64,000 nucleotides of DNA from Leptolyngbyaceae cyanobacterium (GTDB lineage: Bacteria; Cyanobacteriota; Cyanobacteriia; Phormidesmidales; Phormidesmidaceae): positions 2,976,001 through 3,040,000 of the forward strand of contig CBDHHL010000032.1 in assembly GCA_965263355.1 (NCBI GenBank), given 5' to 3'. Positions 48,808 through 60,708 of this stretch are shown in pieces. The position numbers and the translations under genes are program-made. Each line of letters starts with the position of its first letter. Position 1 is the first letter of the stretch. The notes under the pieces are model-generated. The model was not told the origin of the DNA. It worked only from the letters and a program-made list of their open reading frames with translations, and searched no databases.

Positions 48808-49950
48808 TTAAGGGAGGCCATGGTTGATCAGGACTTGACAAGCAGGGGCCGACCATGATACCTGAACCGGGGTACCTGGTTGATAAGTTGCATGGTTTGG
48901 TTGCAAAACGCGCAACTGTTCCCCTGTGGTCAATTCAATAATGCAGTGGATGTGTGGTCCTGTATATAGGGTGTGTTTAACTTCGCCTGGATAGCAGTTT
49001 TCATGTTTGGCTGGCGTTGCTACCTCGGCCTGAGTACTGAGATGAATATTTTCAGGGCGAATACTAATATCTATTGAGGTTTGTTCATTGAGCTGATGTA
49101 GTTCAGCAGGTGAAAGTGAGATTGCTACCTGTAGCCCTTGCTCAGTAACTAACGCTAAAGGTTGCTGCTGAATTTTCCCTGACAGTAAATTTGTATCGCC
49201 AATAAAGTCAGCTACAAAAGCAGTGGTTGGATGCTCATAGATTTCATGGGGAGCCCCAACTTGTTCGATGTAGCCATCTTTCATAACAGCAATGCGATCA
49301 GACAAGGAAAGAGCTTCTTCTTGATCATGGGTCACCATAATGAAAGTAATGCCAAGACGCTTGTGCAGATTGGAAAGTTCAACTTGCATCTGTTTGCGTA
49401 ACTTTAGATCTAGTGCTCCTAACGGTTCATCTAGCAGCATGACCGCTGGTCGATTGACTAGGGCTCGCGCTAAAGCTACGCGCTGTCTCTGACCACCCGA
49501 TAGCTGATTAGGAAACCGCTTGGCAAAGCTTTCCATCTGTACTAAGGTAAGGGCTTCTCCAACCTGTTGCCGCAATTTAGCCTTAGGAATTTTTTTTATC
49601 TTCAGACCAAAGGCTACGTTATTCCATACGCTCATGTGGTTAAACAGGGCATAGCTTTGAAAGACCGTATTCACTGAGCGTCGATGAGCAGGTACACCAT
49701 TCATGCACTGCCCTTGAATCATTAACTCGCCGGAAGTGAGCGTTTCAAAACCTGCAATCATGCGGAGTGTGGTGGTTTTGCCGCAGCCGGATGGCCCTAG
49801 GATGCTGAAAAATTCACCCTGCTGAATTTGTAAATTTAGCCCCTGGACGGCTGTGTCTTCACCAAAGGTTTTGACGACGTCTTTGAGTTCTACATCCAAT
49901 GCCGCTTTTACGTTTGCTGGCGGAGAGATGGTTTGAGCCATAGGATGCAA
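48808..49950 (-). CDS. potA: Polyamine ABC transporter ATP-binding protein
   Basis: GPSGCGKTT, NTVFQSYALF, LSGGQRQR and LDEPLGALD; TOBE-like C-terminus. Confidence 0.9.
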   Translation of the reverse strand: MHPMAQTISPPANVKAALDVELKDVVKTFGEDTAVQGLNLQIQQGEFFSILGPSGCGKTTTLRMIAGFETLTSGELMIQGQCMNGVPAHRRSVNTVFQSYALFNHMSVWNNVAFGLKIKKIPKAKLRQQVGEALTLVQMESFAKRFPNQLSGGQRQRVALARALVNRPAVMLLDEPLGALDLKLRKQMQVELSNLHKRLGITFIMVTHDQEEALSLSDRIAVMKDGYIEQVGAPHEIYEHPTTAFVADFIGDTNLLSGKIQQQPLALVTEQGLQVAISLSPAELHQLNEQTSIDISIRPENIHLSTQAEVATPAKHENCYPGEVKHTLYTGPHIHCIIELTTGEQLRVLQPNHATYQPGTPVQVSWSAPACQVLINHGLP

Positions 49951-50115
49951 CCCTCGTGATGGTCCATTTGCACTATTTTACGGTCAGGGGCTCAAAATCC
50001 CAATTAATTGAAAGGGACAATTGAAGAGCTACCCTGATCAAGGTTTGGCCTCTAGAATCGTAATATCTACTTTCTAAGCTTGCCCTAAGATTAAAACCTT
50101 TCAACATTTTCAATT

Positions 50116-51936
50116 ATGACCTTTCTCCAATATCCCTCAGCAAAGGTTGAAAAAAAGGGTGGACGTACCGTTGGTCGTCAGTATCAGTCGGTAGTTATGA
50201 TGATTTTTTTGTCTCTAGTGATGCTGGGGGGCATTGGTAGCCGATTGTTTTATTTGCAGCTGGTCAAGGGCGATCGCAACCGTAAGCTGGCCGAAGAAAA
50301 CCGAATTTTACTATTACCCAGACGACCGGCTCGGGGCACGATGTTTGACCGTAAGGGCAAGATTTTGGCAGGGAGCCGATTGTCGCATTCGGTTTCTATC
50401 TGGCCTATTGCCCTACCAGTTGATCAACGTGAGCAGGTGGTGCGGCGGCTAGCAAAGTTACTTGAAATCCCGCCGGATGAGATTCAACAGCGGATCAAAT
50501 CAGCGGGGTATGAGTCGACCCAGTCTATTGCGATCTCCCGTGGTCTCAGTCCAGCCCAAACCACAGCTTTAGCTGAATATGCATCAGAGCTGCCCGGTGT
50601 GCGGGTGGAAGCAGAGGCTATTCGTAATTATCCCAATGGTGATTTGGCTGCCCATGTAATTGGCTACACGGGCGAAATTGATGAAGAAGAATTTGACCAG
50701 ATGCAGAACGATGGTCAAGACTATCGCCTGGGGGATATTATCGGCAAAATGGGCTCAGAAAAGTCCTTTGAGTCTTTGTTGCGTGGAGTATGGGGAGGGC
50801 AGCAGGTAGAGGTTGATAGCTCAGGGAATGTGCTCAGCATTATGGGGGAAAAACCCCCGGAAGCGGGTCAAAATATTCGCCTAACGTTAGACTTAGAGTT
50901 GCAAAAAGCTTCTGAGAAGGCTTTAGGGGACAAGATAGGGGCCATTGTTGCCATGGACCCGAATGATGGAGCTATCTTAGCGATGGTCAGTCGCCCCACC
51001 TTTGACCCGAATATTTTTTCTACCCGAATTACCCAGGCTCAGTGGGAGCAACTCAACAGTCGGGGGAACCCATTTTTAAACCGGGCTCTACAAGCCTATC
51101 CACCGGCTAGTACCTTCAAGATTATTACGACTACTGCTGGGATTGAATCAGGGACATTTCCTGCCAATACCGTTTTGCCCACTTACCCTAACATCAATGC
51201 TGGGGGCATTTTATTTTGGGATTGGAATAATGCTGGCTTTGGTCCCCTAGGGTTTGCTGGCGCACTGCAGTGGAGTAGCGATACCTTCTTTTATCAAGTG
51301 GGTATGCGCATGGGCCATGAACCCTTGATTCACTGGATGCGTGAGTATGGGTTGGGGGCAAAAACAGGGATTGAATTAGTGACAGAGGAATCACCTGGTT
51401 TGGTCCCAGATGATGCCTGGAAACAGGAAATGTTTGATGAAGAGTGGTATCTCGGTGACACCATTAATATGACCATTGGCCAAGGCTACATGCAGGTAAC
51501 GCCGCTCCAAACGGCTGTGATGTTTGCAGTGGCTGCCAATGGTGGTTATCGAGTAAAACCTCATCTTTTGCTAGAAGGGGCTGAATCTAAACAGTGGAGA
51601 GAATCTTTAGGCATGCAGCCTAGTACGATTAAGGTGATTCAGGATGGCTTGCGCAAGGTGGTGACCAGTGGGACAGGTACCCGGCTCAATGTACCTACAA
51701 TTCCTACACCTGCGGGGAAAAGCGGCACGGCAGAAGCGCCCCCCTATGAAAATCACACTTGGTTTGGAGCCTATGCACCCTTTGAGAAGCCTGAGATTTT
51801 AGTAGTAGCGTTTGGTGAACACTCTGGCGGTGGTGGTGGTTCTTTTGCAGCCCCCATGGTTAAACAAGTATTGGAAGTCTATTTCAATGGGCCACCAAAG
51901 AAAAAGGATAAGAACGCTCAGCCTGCGGCGGAATGA
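50116..51936 (+). CDS. mrdA: Penicillin-binding protein 2
   Basis: RGTMFDR, RNYPNG, STFK, SSD and KSGTAE. Confidence 0.92.
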   Translation: MTFLQYPSAKVEKKGGRTVGRQYQSVVMMIFLSLVMLGGIGSRLFYLQLVKGDRNRKLAEENRILLLPRRPARGTMFDRKGKILAGSRLSHSVSIWPIALPVDQREQVVRRLAKLLEIPPDEIQQRIKSAGYESTQSIAISRGLSPAQTTALAEYASELPGVRVEAEAIRNYPNGDLAAHVIGYTGEIDEEEFDQMQNDGQDYRLGDIIGKMGSEKSFESLLRGVWGGQQVEVDSSGNVLSIMGEKPPEAGQNIRLTLDLELQKASEKALGDKIGAIVAMDPNDGAILAMVSRPTFDPNIFSTRITQAQWEQLNSRGNPFLNRALQAYPPASTFKIITTTAGIESGTFPANTVLPTYPNINAGGILFWDWNNAGFGPLGFAGALQWSSDTFFYQVGMRMGHEPLIHWMREYGLGAKTGIELVTEESPGLVPDDAWKQEMFDEEWYLGDTINMTIGQGYMQVTPLQTAVMFAVAANGGYRVKPHLLLEGAESKQWRESLGMQPSTIKVIQDGLRKVVTSGTGTRLNVPTIPTPAGKSGTAEAPPYENHTWFGAYAPFEKPEILVVAFGEHSGGGGGSFAAPMVKQVLEVYFNGPPKKKDKNAQPAAE

Positions 51937-51948
51937 TGCCATTACTGT

Positions 51949-54372
51949 TTAACTACGTAGGCTAACGTTGAACTTTTTCTCTAAGGCCGCCCGAATTTTG
52001 TCCTGGAGCGGGTCAATATCTTGGTCGGTTAACGTTCGATCACTTGACCGGTAGAACATGCGAAATGCAAGACTACGCTGACCGTCCGGGACCCCCTTGC
52101 CCTTGTACTCGTCAAACAGAGTGACAGTTTCTAGGAGTTGTCCGCCAGTGCGAATAATGAGCTTTTCCAGGTCGGCTACGGGGATGTCAGTGGATGCATA
52201 GAACGCAATGTCGCGATCCGACCCTGGATAGGAGGAATAGCTCTTGAACTTAGGGGCACGGAATCGGTCGCTAACCAGACAGGTTGCGATCGCATCCCAA
52301 TGCAACTCAAAAACATAAACTTCTTCTGGCAGATCTCGTTCCTGGCGCAGGCGCGGATGCAGTTGCCCAAATGTGCCTAACCGAGTGCGACCGCGTACCC
52401 AGAGCGAGGCTGTTCGGCCAGGGTGGAGTCGATCATCTTCACTATCGGCGCGATAGTCGACCTCCAGCCCCAGCTGCTTAAAGACAGTTTCGAGTATGCC
52501 TTTAGCCTCATACCAGCTCATGGGAGCCGTTTTGCTAGTCCACTGACCCTGGGCTGCATTCCCCCCTAAGATGCCACCTATGCGCTCATATTCATTCAAC
52601 TGCCCCGCTTCATTGATAAAGACATGACCCATTTCAAAAGCATTTAGGGGACCGTTGCCGTTGTCTAGATTGGCCTGGAAGCCATCAATCAAACCAGATA
52701 TTAAGTCAGAACGGAGAGCAGAATATTCAGTAAATAAGGGGTTTTCGAGAACGACACGTTGAGGAGCCGGATTCGTTAGCGAGTAGTGCAACACTTCAGT
52801 CAGACCGGCACCCCGAAAGGCGGATCTTAACTGGCGTACGAGAGCGGCTTCTGGAGACAGTCGCCCTCGGGATGTTTGTTGGGGCAAGGTCTTATCAAAG
52901 CGGTTATAGCCAAACAAACGAGCAACTTCTTCAATTAGGTCAATTTCTCGCTCTAGGTCACGGTAACGGTAAGCCGGTATCGTAACTGTCCACGTTTCTT
53001 GACCATCATCAATAAGGCTGCACCCTAGACGAGTCAGGGTATCTTCTACATCAGTCGAATTGAGAGCAGTAACTGTGCCATCCTCGGTAATGTAATTACC
53101 TAATATCTGCTGTACCCGCTCTAATCGTAGCCTGATAGTACGGGTTGGAGTGATTTTACCCACCTCGGTGCGCATATCCTGTTGGTGAGTCACCTGAGCA
53201 TCGGCTAAATCAACCATGAGCTGAATGGCTCGATTGGCTGCCAGTTCTAACTCAGCTGGATTCACCCCTCGCTCGTAACGGGCCGAAGCTTCGGTGCGCA
53301 ACCCTTGACTGCGGGCTGAGCGACGAATCACAGCCGCATCAAAAAAGGCGGCTTCTAGAAAGACATTTTGAGTATCATTGTGAACCTCCGAGTCTTCGCC
53401 CCCCATAACACCTGCCAGGGCTACTGGCATATCGTTAGCCGTAATGGCCAAGGTCTGAGGCTTTAGTTCACGGTCTTGGCCATCTAAGGTTTTAAGGGTT
53501 TCGCCAGCTTTTCCAAAACGGACGCTGACGGTAGCATCTTTTCCCTGACTAAGACGATCCAGATCAAAGGCATGGAGCGGTTGCCCCCACTCCAGGAGGA
53601 CATAGTTGGTGATATCAACTACGTTATTAATTGAACGTGTGCCCGACGCTTCGAGACGCTGTTGAAGCCACGTAGGGGAAGGGCCGATTTTGACGTTCTC
53701 TAAGATAGTGCCGATGTAAATAGGGCAGGCTTTTGGGTCTGAAAGGGCAATCTCAATTCGGTTTTGTGCGCTATCTGGTATCGCTATCTCTTGAATGGGT
53801 AGCGTAAGCTCTGTTCCTGTAATCGCAGCCAGCTCCCGAGCAATGCCCACCATACTCAAGGCATCGGCTCGGTTGGCGGTCGATGATAGATCTAAAACTG
53901 TATCGTCTAGTCCTAACAAGGGTCGGACATCTTGACCTACCTTCAAGTTAGGCTCCTCAAAGATATGGATACCTGCTGCATCCTTTGCTAAACCAAGCTC
54001 TGCCAAGGAACAAATCATGCCAGAGGAAGGAACACCACGAAGCTTGCGGGGTTTAATCTTAAGGTCTACTTGGGGTAGATAAGTATTGACCTTAGCTACG
54101 GGGACAAAAATATCTGCCCTCACATTAGCCGCGCCACAAACAATTGTTGAGGGGTCAGTGTCACCAATATCTACGGTACAAACACTCAGTTTGTCAGCAT
54201 CTGGGTGAGGTTGCCGTTCGGTAACTTTACCGACAACTACACCGTCGGCCCAAGTGTGGCGCTCTTCAATATCTTCGACTTCAAACCCGGCCATTGTTAG
54301 CGCGTCACCAATAGCCTCTGGTGTTAATTGCGGATCGACAAATTTCTTGAGCCAGTTGACAGAAATGCGCAT
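51949..54372 (-). CDS. pheT: Phenylalanine--tRNA ligase beta subunit
   Basis: HPDADKL, NRADALS, NNVVDITNY, GQPLHAFD and REIDLIEEVAR. Confidence 0.97.
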   Translation of the reverse strand: MRISVNWLKKFVDPQLTPEAIGDALTMAGFEVEDIEERHTWADGVVVGKVTERQPHPDADKLSVCTVDIGDTDPSTIVCGAANVRADIFVPVAKVNTYLPQVDLKIKPRKLRGVPSSGMICSLAELGLAKDAAGIHIFEEPNLKVGQDVRPLLGLDDTVLDLSSTANRADALSMVGIARELAAITGTELTLPIQEIAIPDSAQNRIEIALSDPKACPIYIGTILENVKIGPSPTWLQQRLEASGTRSINNVVDITNYVLLEWGQPLHAFDLDRLSQGKDATVSVRFGKAGETLKTLDGQDRELKPQTLAITANDMPVALAGVMGGEDSEVHNDTQNVFLEAAFFDAAVIRRSARSQGLRTEASARYERGVNPAELELAANRAIQLMVDLADAQVTHQQDMRTEVGKITPTRTIRLRLERVQQILGNYITEDGTVTALNSTDVEDTLTRLGCSLIDDGQETWTVTIPAYRYRDLEREIDLIEEVARLFGYNRFDKTLPQQTSRGRLSPEAALVRQLRSAFRGAGLTEVLHYSLTNPAPQRVVLENPLFTEYSALRSDLISGLIDGFQANLDNGNGPLNAFEMGHVFINEAGQLNEYERIGGILGGNAAQGQWTSKTAPMSWYEAKGILETVFKQLGLEVDYRADSEDDRLHPGRTASLWVRGRTRLGTFGQLHPRLRQERDLPEEVYVFELHWDAIATCLVSDRFRAPKFKSYSSYPGSDRDIAFYASTDIPVADLEKLIIRTGGQLLETVTLFDEYKGKGVPDGQRSLAFRMFYRSSDRTLTDQDIDPLQDKIRAALEKKFNVSLRS

Positions 54373-54414
54373 GGGACCTGGGTTAAAAAGGTATTGATAG
54401 GAATAGAACGAACT

Positions 54415-54490
54415 TAAACCTTGTCTGCATCCAGCACCACTAGAGTTTTTCCGTAGAAAAGCCTAAAGGTTTCAAATTAGACGTGGTTTA
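54415..54490 (+). repeat. Dispersed TA-bounded hairpin element, copy B
   Basis: TAAACCTTGTCTGCATCCAG...GTTTTTCCGTAGAAAA...TTAGACGTGGTTTA. Confidence 0.8.
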
Positions 54491-55015
54491 TTCTACCGTT
54501 GAAGCTCCGCTTTAAGTTCTTTATTAGTAAAGGGTTCTCTCACTCGCAATCTGAGTCTTGGTAGACTACTCAGCAACGTTGCCAATGTAAATTTTCTAAA
54601 GCAAGCACAAAGCCCTATTCTAAAAACACCAATTCTAAAATTGCCACTGGCAGCATAAACAATTGGATAAGATAATGAAGATAATAATTAAATCAGTTGG
54701 GATCGTCCGATAAGCAAGTTTGCTTTAGGGGTTGCTCTACTGTCCATAGGGGGTAACTTGTGGAACACTTTGAAGCGTGTGCACAAAGAATAAAATTAAG
54801 CTATTAGAAGAATTTGATTTATTCCATTACTCATGGCGGATGGTTGAGAAATGCAAAGTATTTATAGATTACTGGAGCAAATCCCAATCGGTTTTATTCT
54901 CTAGGGATAAGTGCTACAACACTCTTCCCTGCTCAGTGCTTTAAGATGTCGTGCCATAGTGAACCATAGCCCCATCATATGTAGGCGTATATATGAGCAG
55001 GGTGGCTAAAGCTAC

Positions 55016-56629
55016 ATGACTTACTGTATCAACTCAGAGTGTCCTAGTCCTAAAAATCCTTCCACAGCGAGACAGTGTCTAGCCTGTGGAGCAGATCTGT
55101 TGTTACGCGGTCGCTATCGTGTTAGTGGCGCTTTGGGTAAAGGTGGCTTTGGCACTACGTTTTTGGCCCATGATGAAGGACTTCCTGGTTGCCCACCCTG
55201 TGTCATCAAGCAGTTGCAGCCAACCGCTGAAGCCCCCCATGTGATGCAAATGGCCCGCGATTTATTTGCCCGTGAAGCCAAAATTTTGGGCAAAATTGGT
55301 AATCATCCGCAGCTGCCACGCTTATTGGATTATTTTGAAGCCCGTCAAGATTTCTTTTTGGTTCAAGAGTATATCAATGGCTCTACGCTCCAGAAAGAGG
55401 TCAAGACCCGTGGTGCTTTTAGTGAAGCAGGTACAAAGCAATTTTTGAGTGAAGTGCTGCCAGTTATGCAGTATATTCACCGTCATCAGGTTATTCATCG
55501 AGACATCAAGCCTGCTAATCTTATTCGTCGAGATGCTGACAAACGGTTAGTACTAATTGATTTTGGTGCAGTTAAAGATAAGGTCAATCCGGTCAAAGCC
55601 AGTGAAGAGTCAGGTCATACAGCGTTAACCGCTTATGCCGTGGGTACCCCTGGCTATGCCCCCCCTGAGCAAATGGCAATGCGACCGGTTTATGCCAGTG
55701 ATATTTATGCGATTGGGGTAACCTGTCTGTATCTGTTGACGGCAAAGTCGCCTAAGGAAATGTCCTACGATCCCCAATCGGGCGAAATCCTTTGGCAACA
55801 GCACGTTAAGGTGAGTGAGCATTTTGCAGGTGTTTTAAGTAAGATGCTAGAAATTTCGGTACGGCACCGTTATAGTTCGGCTGATGCAATTTTGCGAGAT
55901 CTTGATTTAGAGCCGTATTTGGATAGTTTGGCTCAAAATATGGCGATTCCAACCGCTGCGCCCAAAGAAGTGGAGCCCGTTAGCCAACCTTCTTTTAACA
56001 GTGACGATACAGCTTCAATTTTAGGATTAGACGATTCTCAAGCAGGAGCATCCCCGTCGGCTCGTATGGCTGCCGCTATTCGTGCCCGTAAAGAACGACG
56101 TCAAAATACTAAACCTTCTTCAGTGGCACCTCGTCGCTCCGCAGGTAATCTGCTTGCTAATAGTTCTAGTCAGTCAGGGCCATTTTCGGGTCAAGGTAAA
56201 AAAATTACTCCTGAGGCCGTTCAGAAAGCCTATGATCGTGGTCATCGTGACTTTTCACTCCAACCCCTGGCAAGGCTAAATTTACAACGTATGATCCTGA
56301 GCGGTGCTAGTTTTGCAGGGGCACAGCTGAGAGAGTGTAATTTGCAGGGAGCCGATCTGACTAACGTCAATCTCAGCAAAGCTGACTTACGTCAGTGTAA
56401 TTTGAAAAATGTTAAATTATCAAATGCTTACATGGGGGAGGCGAACTTAGAAAATAGCGATCTTCGAGGTGCTAATCTGAGTCGCAGCAATTTAAAGGGT
56501 GCTACCCTTAGGGGTGCCAACCTATGCGGGGCCGATTTAACGGGCGCTAGTTTAACTGAACAACAGTTAAATGTCATTAAGACAAATTGGTCTACCGTCT
56601 ACCCTAATGGACGTCGTGGACTTCGTTAG
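55016..56629 (+). CDS. Ser/Thr protein kinase with N-terminal Cys motif and C-terminal pentapeptide repeats (SpkB-like)
   Basis: YCINSEC..CLAC, LGKGGFG, HRDIKPAN, DFG and GYAPPE; A(D/N)LXX repeats. Confidence 0.9.
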   Translation: MTYCINSECPSPKNPSTARQCLACGADLLLRGRYRVSGALGKGGFGTTFLAHDEGLPGCPPCVIKQLQPTAEAPHVMQMARDLFAREAKILGKIGNHPQLPRLLDYFEARQDFFLVQEYINGSTLQKEVKTRGAFSEAGTKQFLSEVLPVMQYIHRHQVIHRDIKPANLIRRDADKRLVLIDFGAVKDKVNPVKASEESGHTALTAYAVGTPGYAPPEQMAMRPVYASDIYAIGVTCLYLLTAKSPKEMSYDPQSGEILWQQHVKVSEHFAGVLSKMLEISVRHRYSSADAILRDLDLEPYLDSLAQNMAIPTAAPKEVEPVSQPSFNSDDTASILGLDDSQAGASPSARMAAAIRARKERRQNTKPSSVAPRRSAGNLLANSSSQSGPFSGQGKKITPEAVQKAYDRGHRDFSLQPLARLNLQRMILSGASFAGAQLRECNLQGADLTNVNLSKADLRQCNLKNVKLSNAYMGEANLENSDLRGANLSRSNLKGATLRGANLCGADLTGASLTEQQLNVIKTNWSTVYPNGRRGLR

Positions 56630-56722
56630 TATTATTAAGGCTTATTTGCTGCATTGAGTCCCCGATTTTACCGCAGGCGCGTTAGGATATCTAAGGTATT
56701 TTGTGGCGGCCTATTAATTCCT

Positions 56723-56929
56723 ATGTTTCTTGATGAGCTAACCCCTATTGTGCAAGAGATTCTAGGGCAGCCTATTGCCTTCTTTGGTGGGTTTGCATCT
56801 GGTTTGCTAAAGCTCAACTTAAATGATGATCCAGTGAAAAGTTGGTTGGAAAATCAAGGAGCTGATGTTTCAAACCAGAGTGATGATGATAAGTCCGGTA
56901 AGGGTCCCCAAACTATTTCTATCGATTAG
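56723..56929 (+). CDS. Small conserved cyanobacterial hypothetical protein
   Basis: QPIAFFGGFASGLLKLNLNDDPVKSWL...GPQTISID; start set at ATG 56723. Confidence 0.7.
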   Translation: MFLDELTPIVQEILGQPIAFFGGFASGLLKLNLNDDPVKSWLENQGADVSNQSDDDKSGKGPQTISID

Positions 56930-57561
56930 CTCAGTAATTCACTGATCCAAGTTTGGATCTGGGATTCCAAGAGTAAACTTGGAGTCTGGTTAAGGATAGT
57001 TAGAGCACGTTGGTAGTCACCAATGGCACAGTTCCAATGGCCGTCTAATTGATATGTGCGACCTCTTTCCGCATAGATATGAGCACTTAGTTTTCCTAAA
57101 AATAGTGCTAATCCAAAGCATATAATCGCGTCATCATACATCTTTAAGTTTCTAAATAGAATCCCCTGATGAATGCGGGCCTTAATGTTGTGTGGATTAA
57201 TATCAATTGCGCAGTCATAATCTGCAATAGCTGCGCTCCAGTTTTTTAAGGCTGCACTACACTTCGCCCTATTGGCGTAGATTTGGTCTGCTTTGGGATT
57301 TAGGTGAAGTGCTTGATTGTAATCGGCCATTGCTTGAGACCATTGTTCGCAATGGTAGTAAATGAGGCCACGATGACTGTAATAAACTGGGTTCTGTGGC
57401 TCTTGGGTGATGAAATAGTTCAGTAAGTTAATTGCTCTGGAATAATTTTTTTGCTGCATTGCTTGACGTAGGGTTTGGCGCAGTAACTTTTTTATCTCTA
57501 CATCTGTAGATTTAGCTACGTCAAAGTCTTTAGATGAATCCGTTATAGATGATGACGTCAT
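56926..57561 (-). CDS. Tetratricopeptide repeat protein
   Basis: Several TPR units (YSHRG...AMADYNQAL, YANRA...AIADY). Confidence 0.85.
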   Translation of the reverse strand: MTSSSITDSSKDFDVAKSTDVEIKKLLRQTLRQAMQQKNYSRAINLLNYFITQEPQNPVYYSHRGLIYYHCEQWSQAMADYNQALHLNPKADQIYANRAKCSAALKNWSAAIADYDCAIDINPHNIKARIHQGILFRNLKMYDDAIICFGLALFLGKLSAHIYAERGRTYQLDGHWNCAIGDYQRALTILNQTPSLLLESQIQTWISELLS

Positions 57562-57868
57562 GCAAATTACTCCCTATCGTCTATAAATAATAGATAGAGA
57601 TAGCAACTACCTTGAGATAGTAGTGTTGTTGATGGTCATGACAACACTACTAATGGAATGGTTGCATAGCTTAGTTTTTGCCCCAACCGAGAAATAACGG
57701 AGTCTTTACAGGTGCTCACAATGCAAATCCGTATTTTTTCGTAGCTCTAGGGTTGCCAAACATTACAGCTCATGGGGTTTTATAACGGATTTACGAAGAA
57801 TTCTTTGTCAGCGACTTAAGAACGTTACGATTAGAGCGGTAAAGCTATCAAAATCGTTTTGGGCTCCT

Positions 57869-58330
57869 ATGACTTTTTCTTCTCCACCAACATCGTTATC
57901 AGACAGCGATTACGTTATTGTTGGTTTAGCCCATTGCTTTGTTAAGCAAGACGGCGGTGTGGTGTCTCTAAAATTGTTAGAGCCTATCCCATCTGCTTAT
58001 TTTGAAGCATTAACTAAAAGGGTACCGACTTCCTATGAGGCCCTTTATGGTATTCAATTGGGTGAGCTGATAAAAGATAAACAGCCTATATTGACGAATT
58101 TACCTTTTGATACTAAGAACGTTCAGTTTTGCGAAGACTTTGTGGAGCGAGTCTGTGCTGCTGCCAGGACTTATCAGACTAGGGAAGACATTCAGATGCT
58201 GCTGCCTCACGGCCAGGTATTTTCTGATGTAAATTTTTCTACTGAGAGAAAACGGATCTTAAATGTCTCTCATAAAGTCACTCAGGAAGATAATGTAAAA
58301 CAGCACAAATACACCCATATGAACCTTTAA
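57869..58330 (+). CDS. Conserved cyanobacterial hypothetical protein
   Basis: GLAHCF...EPIPSA...AARTY...STERKRILN...DNVKQH pattern. Confidence 0.7.
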   Translation: MTFSSPPTSLSDSDYVIVGLAHCFVKQDGGVVSLKLLEPIPSAYFEALTKRVPTSYEALYGIQLGELIKDKQPILTNLPFDTKNVQFCEDFVERVCAAARTYQTREDIQMLLPHGQVFSDVNFSTERKRILNVSHKVTQEDNVKQHKYTHMNL

Positions 58331-58459
58331 AGTCTTGCCTGAGTTGAGAGGTTCACATATCTTCCCATTCTGGAGTGTCAGTTAAAAAGTATACCTATCG
58401 GAGAGAATTCTCTCTTAACCTTTGGTTCTTTGGGCTGATAAAATTAATTAAGCATCAAA

Positions 58460-58486
58460 GCAGACGTGCGTCAAACGCACGTCTGC
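58460..58486. terminator. 12-bp perfect stem hairpin between convergent genes
   Basis: GCAGACGTGCGT-CAA-ACGCACGTCTGC, downstream of psbK. Confidence 0.6.
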
Positions 58487-58632
58487 CCGTATCAAAGACT
58501 CTCTTCAATGTAAAAATATTAGATAAGTCAGCTACCTTAGGTTGTCGCGATCGCAAAAACAACCTGAGTGATCACTGGACTTATTGACTAAGATATTCGG
58601 TTGTAACGCTCATATTTCAGCGCTAGGCGCTG

Positions 58633-58770
58633 TTAGCGAAAGCCTACAGATGCCTGCCAAACAAAGGCTAGAAGCAAGAAGAAAATAGGCAGGATAGGCA
58701 AAATGTCTACTAGGGGAGCAAATGCTTGATAAGCTTCGGGGAGTGTAGCTAACAGTAGGACTGCGTCCAT
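58633..58770 (-). CDS. psbK: Photosystem II reaction centre protein K (45 aa; not in the ORF track)
   Basis: Manual translation: [45 protein letters not shown]; lies downstream of tgt. Confidence 0.96.
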   Translation of the reverse strand: MDAVLLLATLPEAYQAFAPLVDILPILPIFFLLLAFVWQASVGFR

Positions 58771-58861
58771 GAAAACCTCTCTACGGTGGCGACAGTTTGC
58801 TTAATAATTTCCTCACATCTTAACATGCTGTGGTACACGCTAAAGTTTGTTGATCATCTTT

Positions 58862-60010
<1,149 letters not shown>

Positions 60011-60014
60011 CTAA

Positions 60015-60470
60015 CTAACTGAGAAAGTGATTGCTGTCGTCGTCTAAGCAAGCGTCCCACCGGGCTGTTAATGCTTCGGCAAGCATTGCTTCTAGCGTAG
60101 CGTCATTAATACTGCAACTGTTGCCTTCTGTGAGAGGATTGGACAATGGCAAAATGCGTAAACGGCGGTTGTCTTGAATGAGGTCGAAGTAAGGTTGGTT
60201 GTCAGTTAGCTGCCCCATTTCTAGGTAGTCAAAACTCGTGACGTTGATGTAAAGGCTGCTGTTGGCTACTAATGTTGCTTGCTGAGGATCACTAAACACT
60301 TCGACCACATATCCTTCACCTTCTCGCAGGACTTGCTCTTCTTGGTTATGGATATATCGGACACGTCCCAGGTGCTGTAGGATTCGCACCATATCTTTCT
60401 TGTTGATCACAGTGCCTATATCGACAAGGCAAGGGGCTGGAAGGGAAGTTGTTGAAGGTTGGTAGCTCAT
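60015..60470 (-). CDS. Conserved cyanobacterial hypothetical protein
   Basis: 151-aa ATG-initiated ORF co-oriented with tgt. Confidence 0.65.
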   Translation of the reverse strand: MSYQPSTTSLPAPCLVDIGTVINKKDMVRILQHLGRVRYIHNQEEQVLREGEGYVVEVFSDPQQATLVANSSLYINVTSFDYLEMGQLTDNQPYFDLIQDNRRLRILPLSNPLTEGNSCSINDATLEAMLAEALTARWDACLDDDSNHFLS

Positions 60471-60708
60471 AACAAGGTCGGTAGATGGGCACGTATAGTC
60501 AGCATGGCCCGTAAAACACCGAAGTTTTTAACAATCTATACTCAAGATAGTTGAAATCTGATTATTTGGAACGCCCAAGACAAAAATAATCTCCTCGTCT
60601 TGTTGGTTTTTATTATTTGCTCTCACATTATTTCAGCAACTTTGCGGATTGACTTCAGCCAGAATACTTAATATTAAGAGTTTCCACATATTTTTTTGAG
60701 GTGATGAT

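Noticed and set aside
54661..54695. Fur-box-like GATAAT repeats upstream of the Ser/Thr kinase
   Set aside because: AT-rich context, no proper inverted half-site and no iron-related gene nearby
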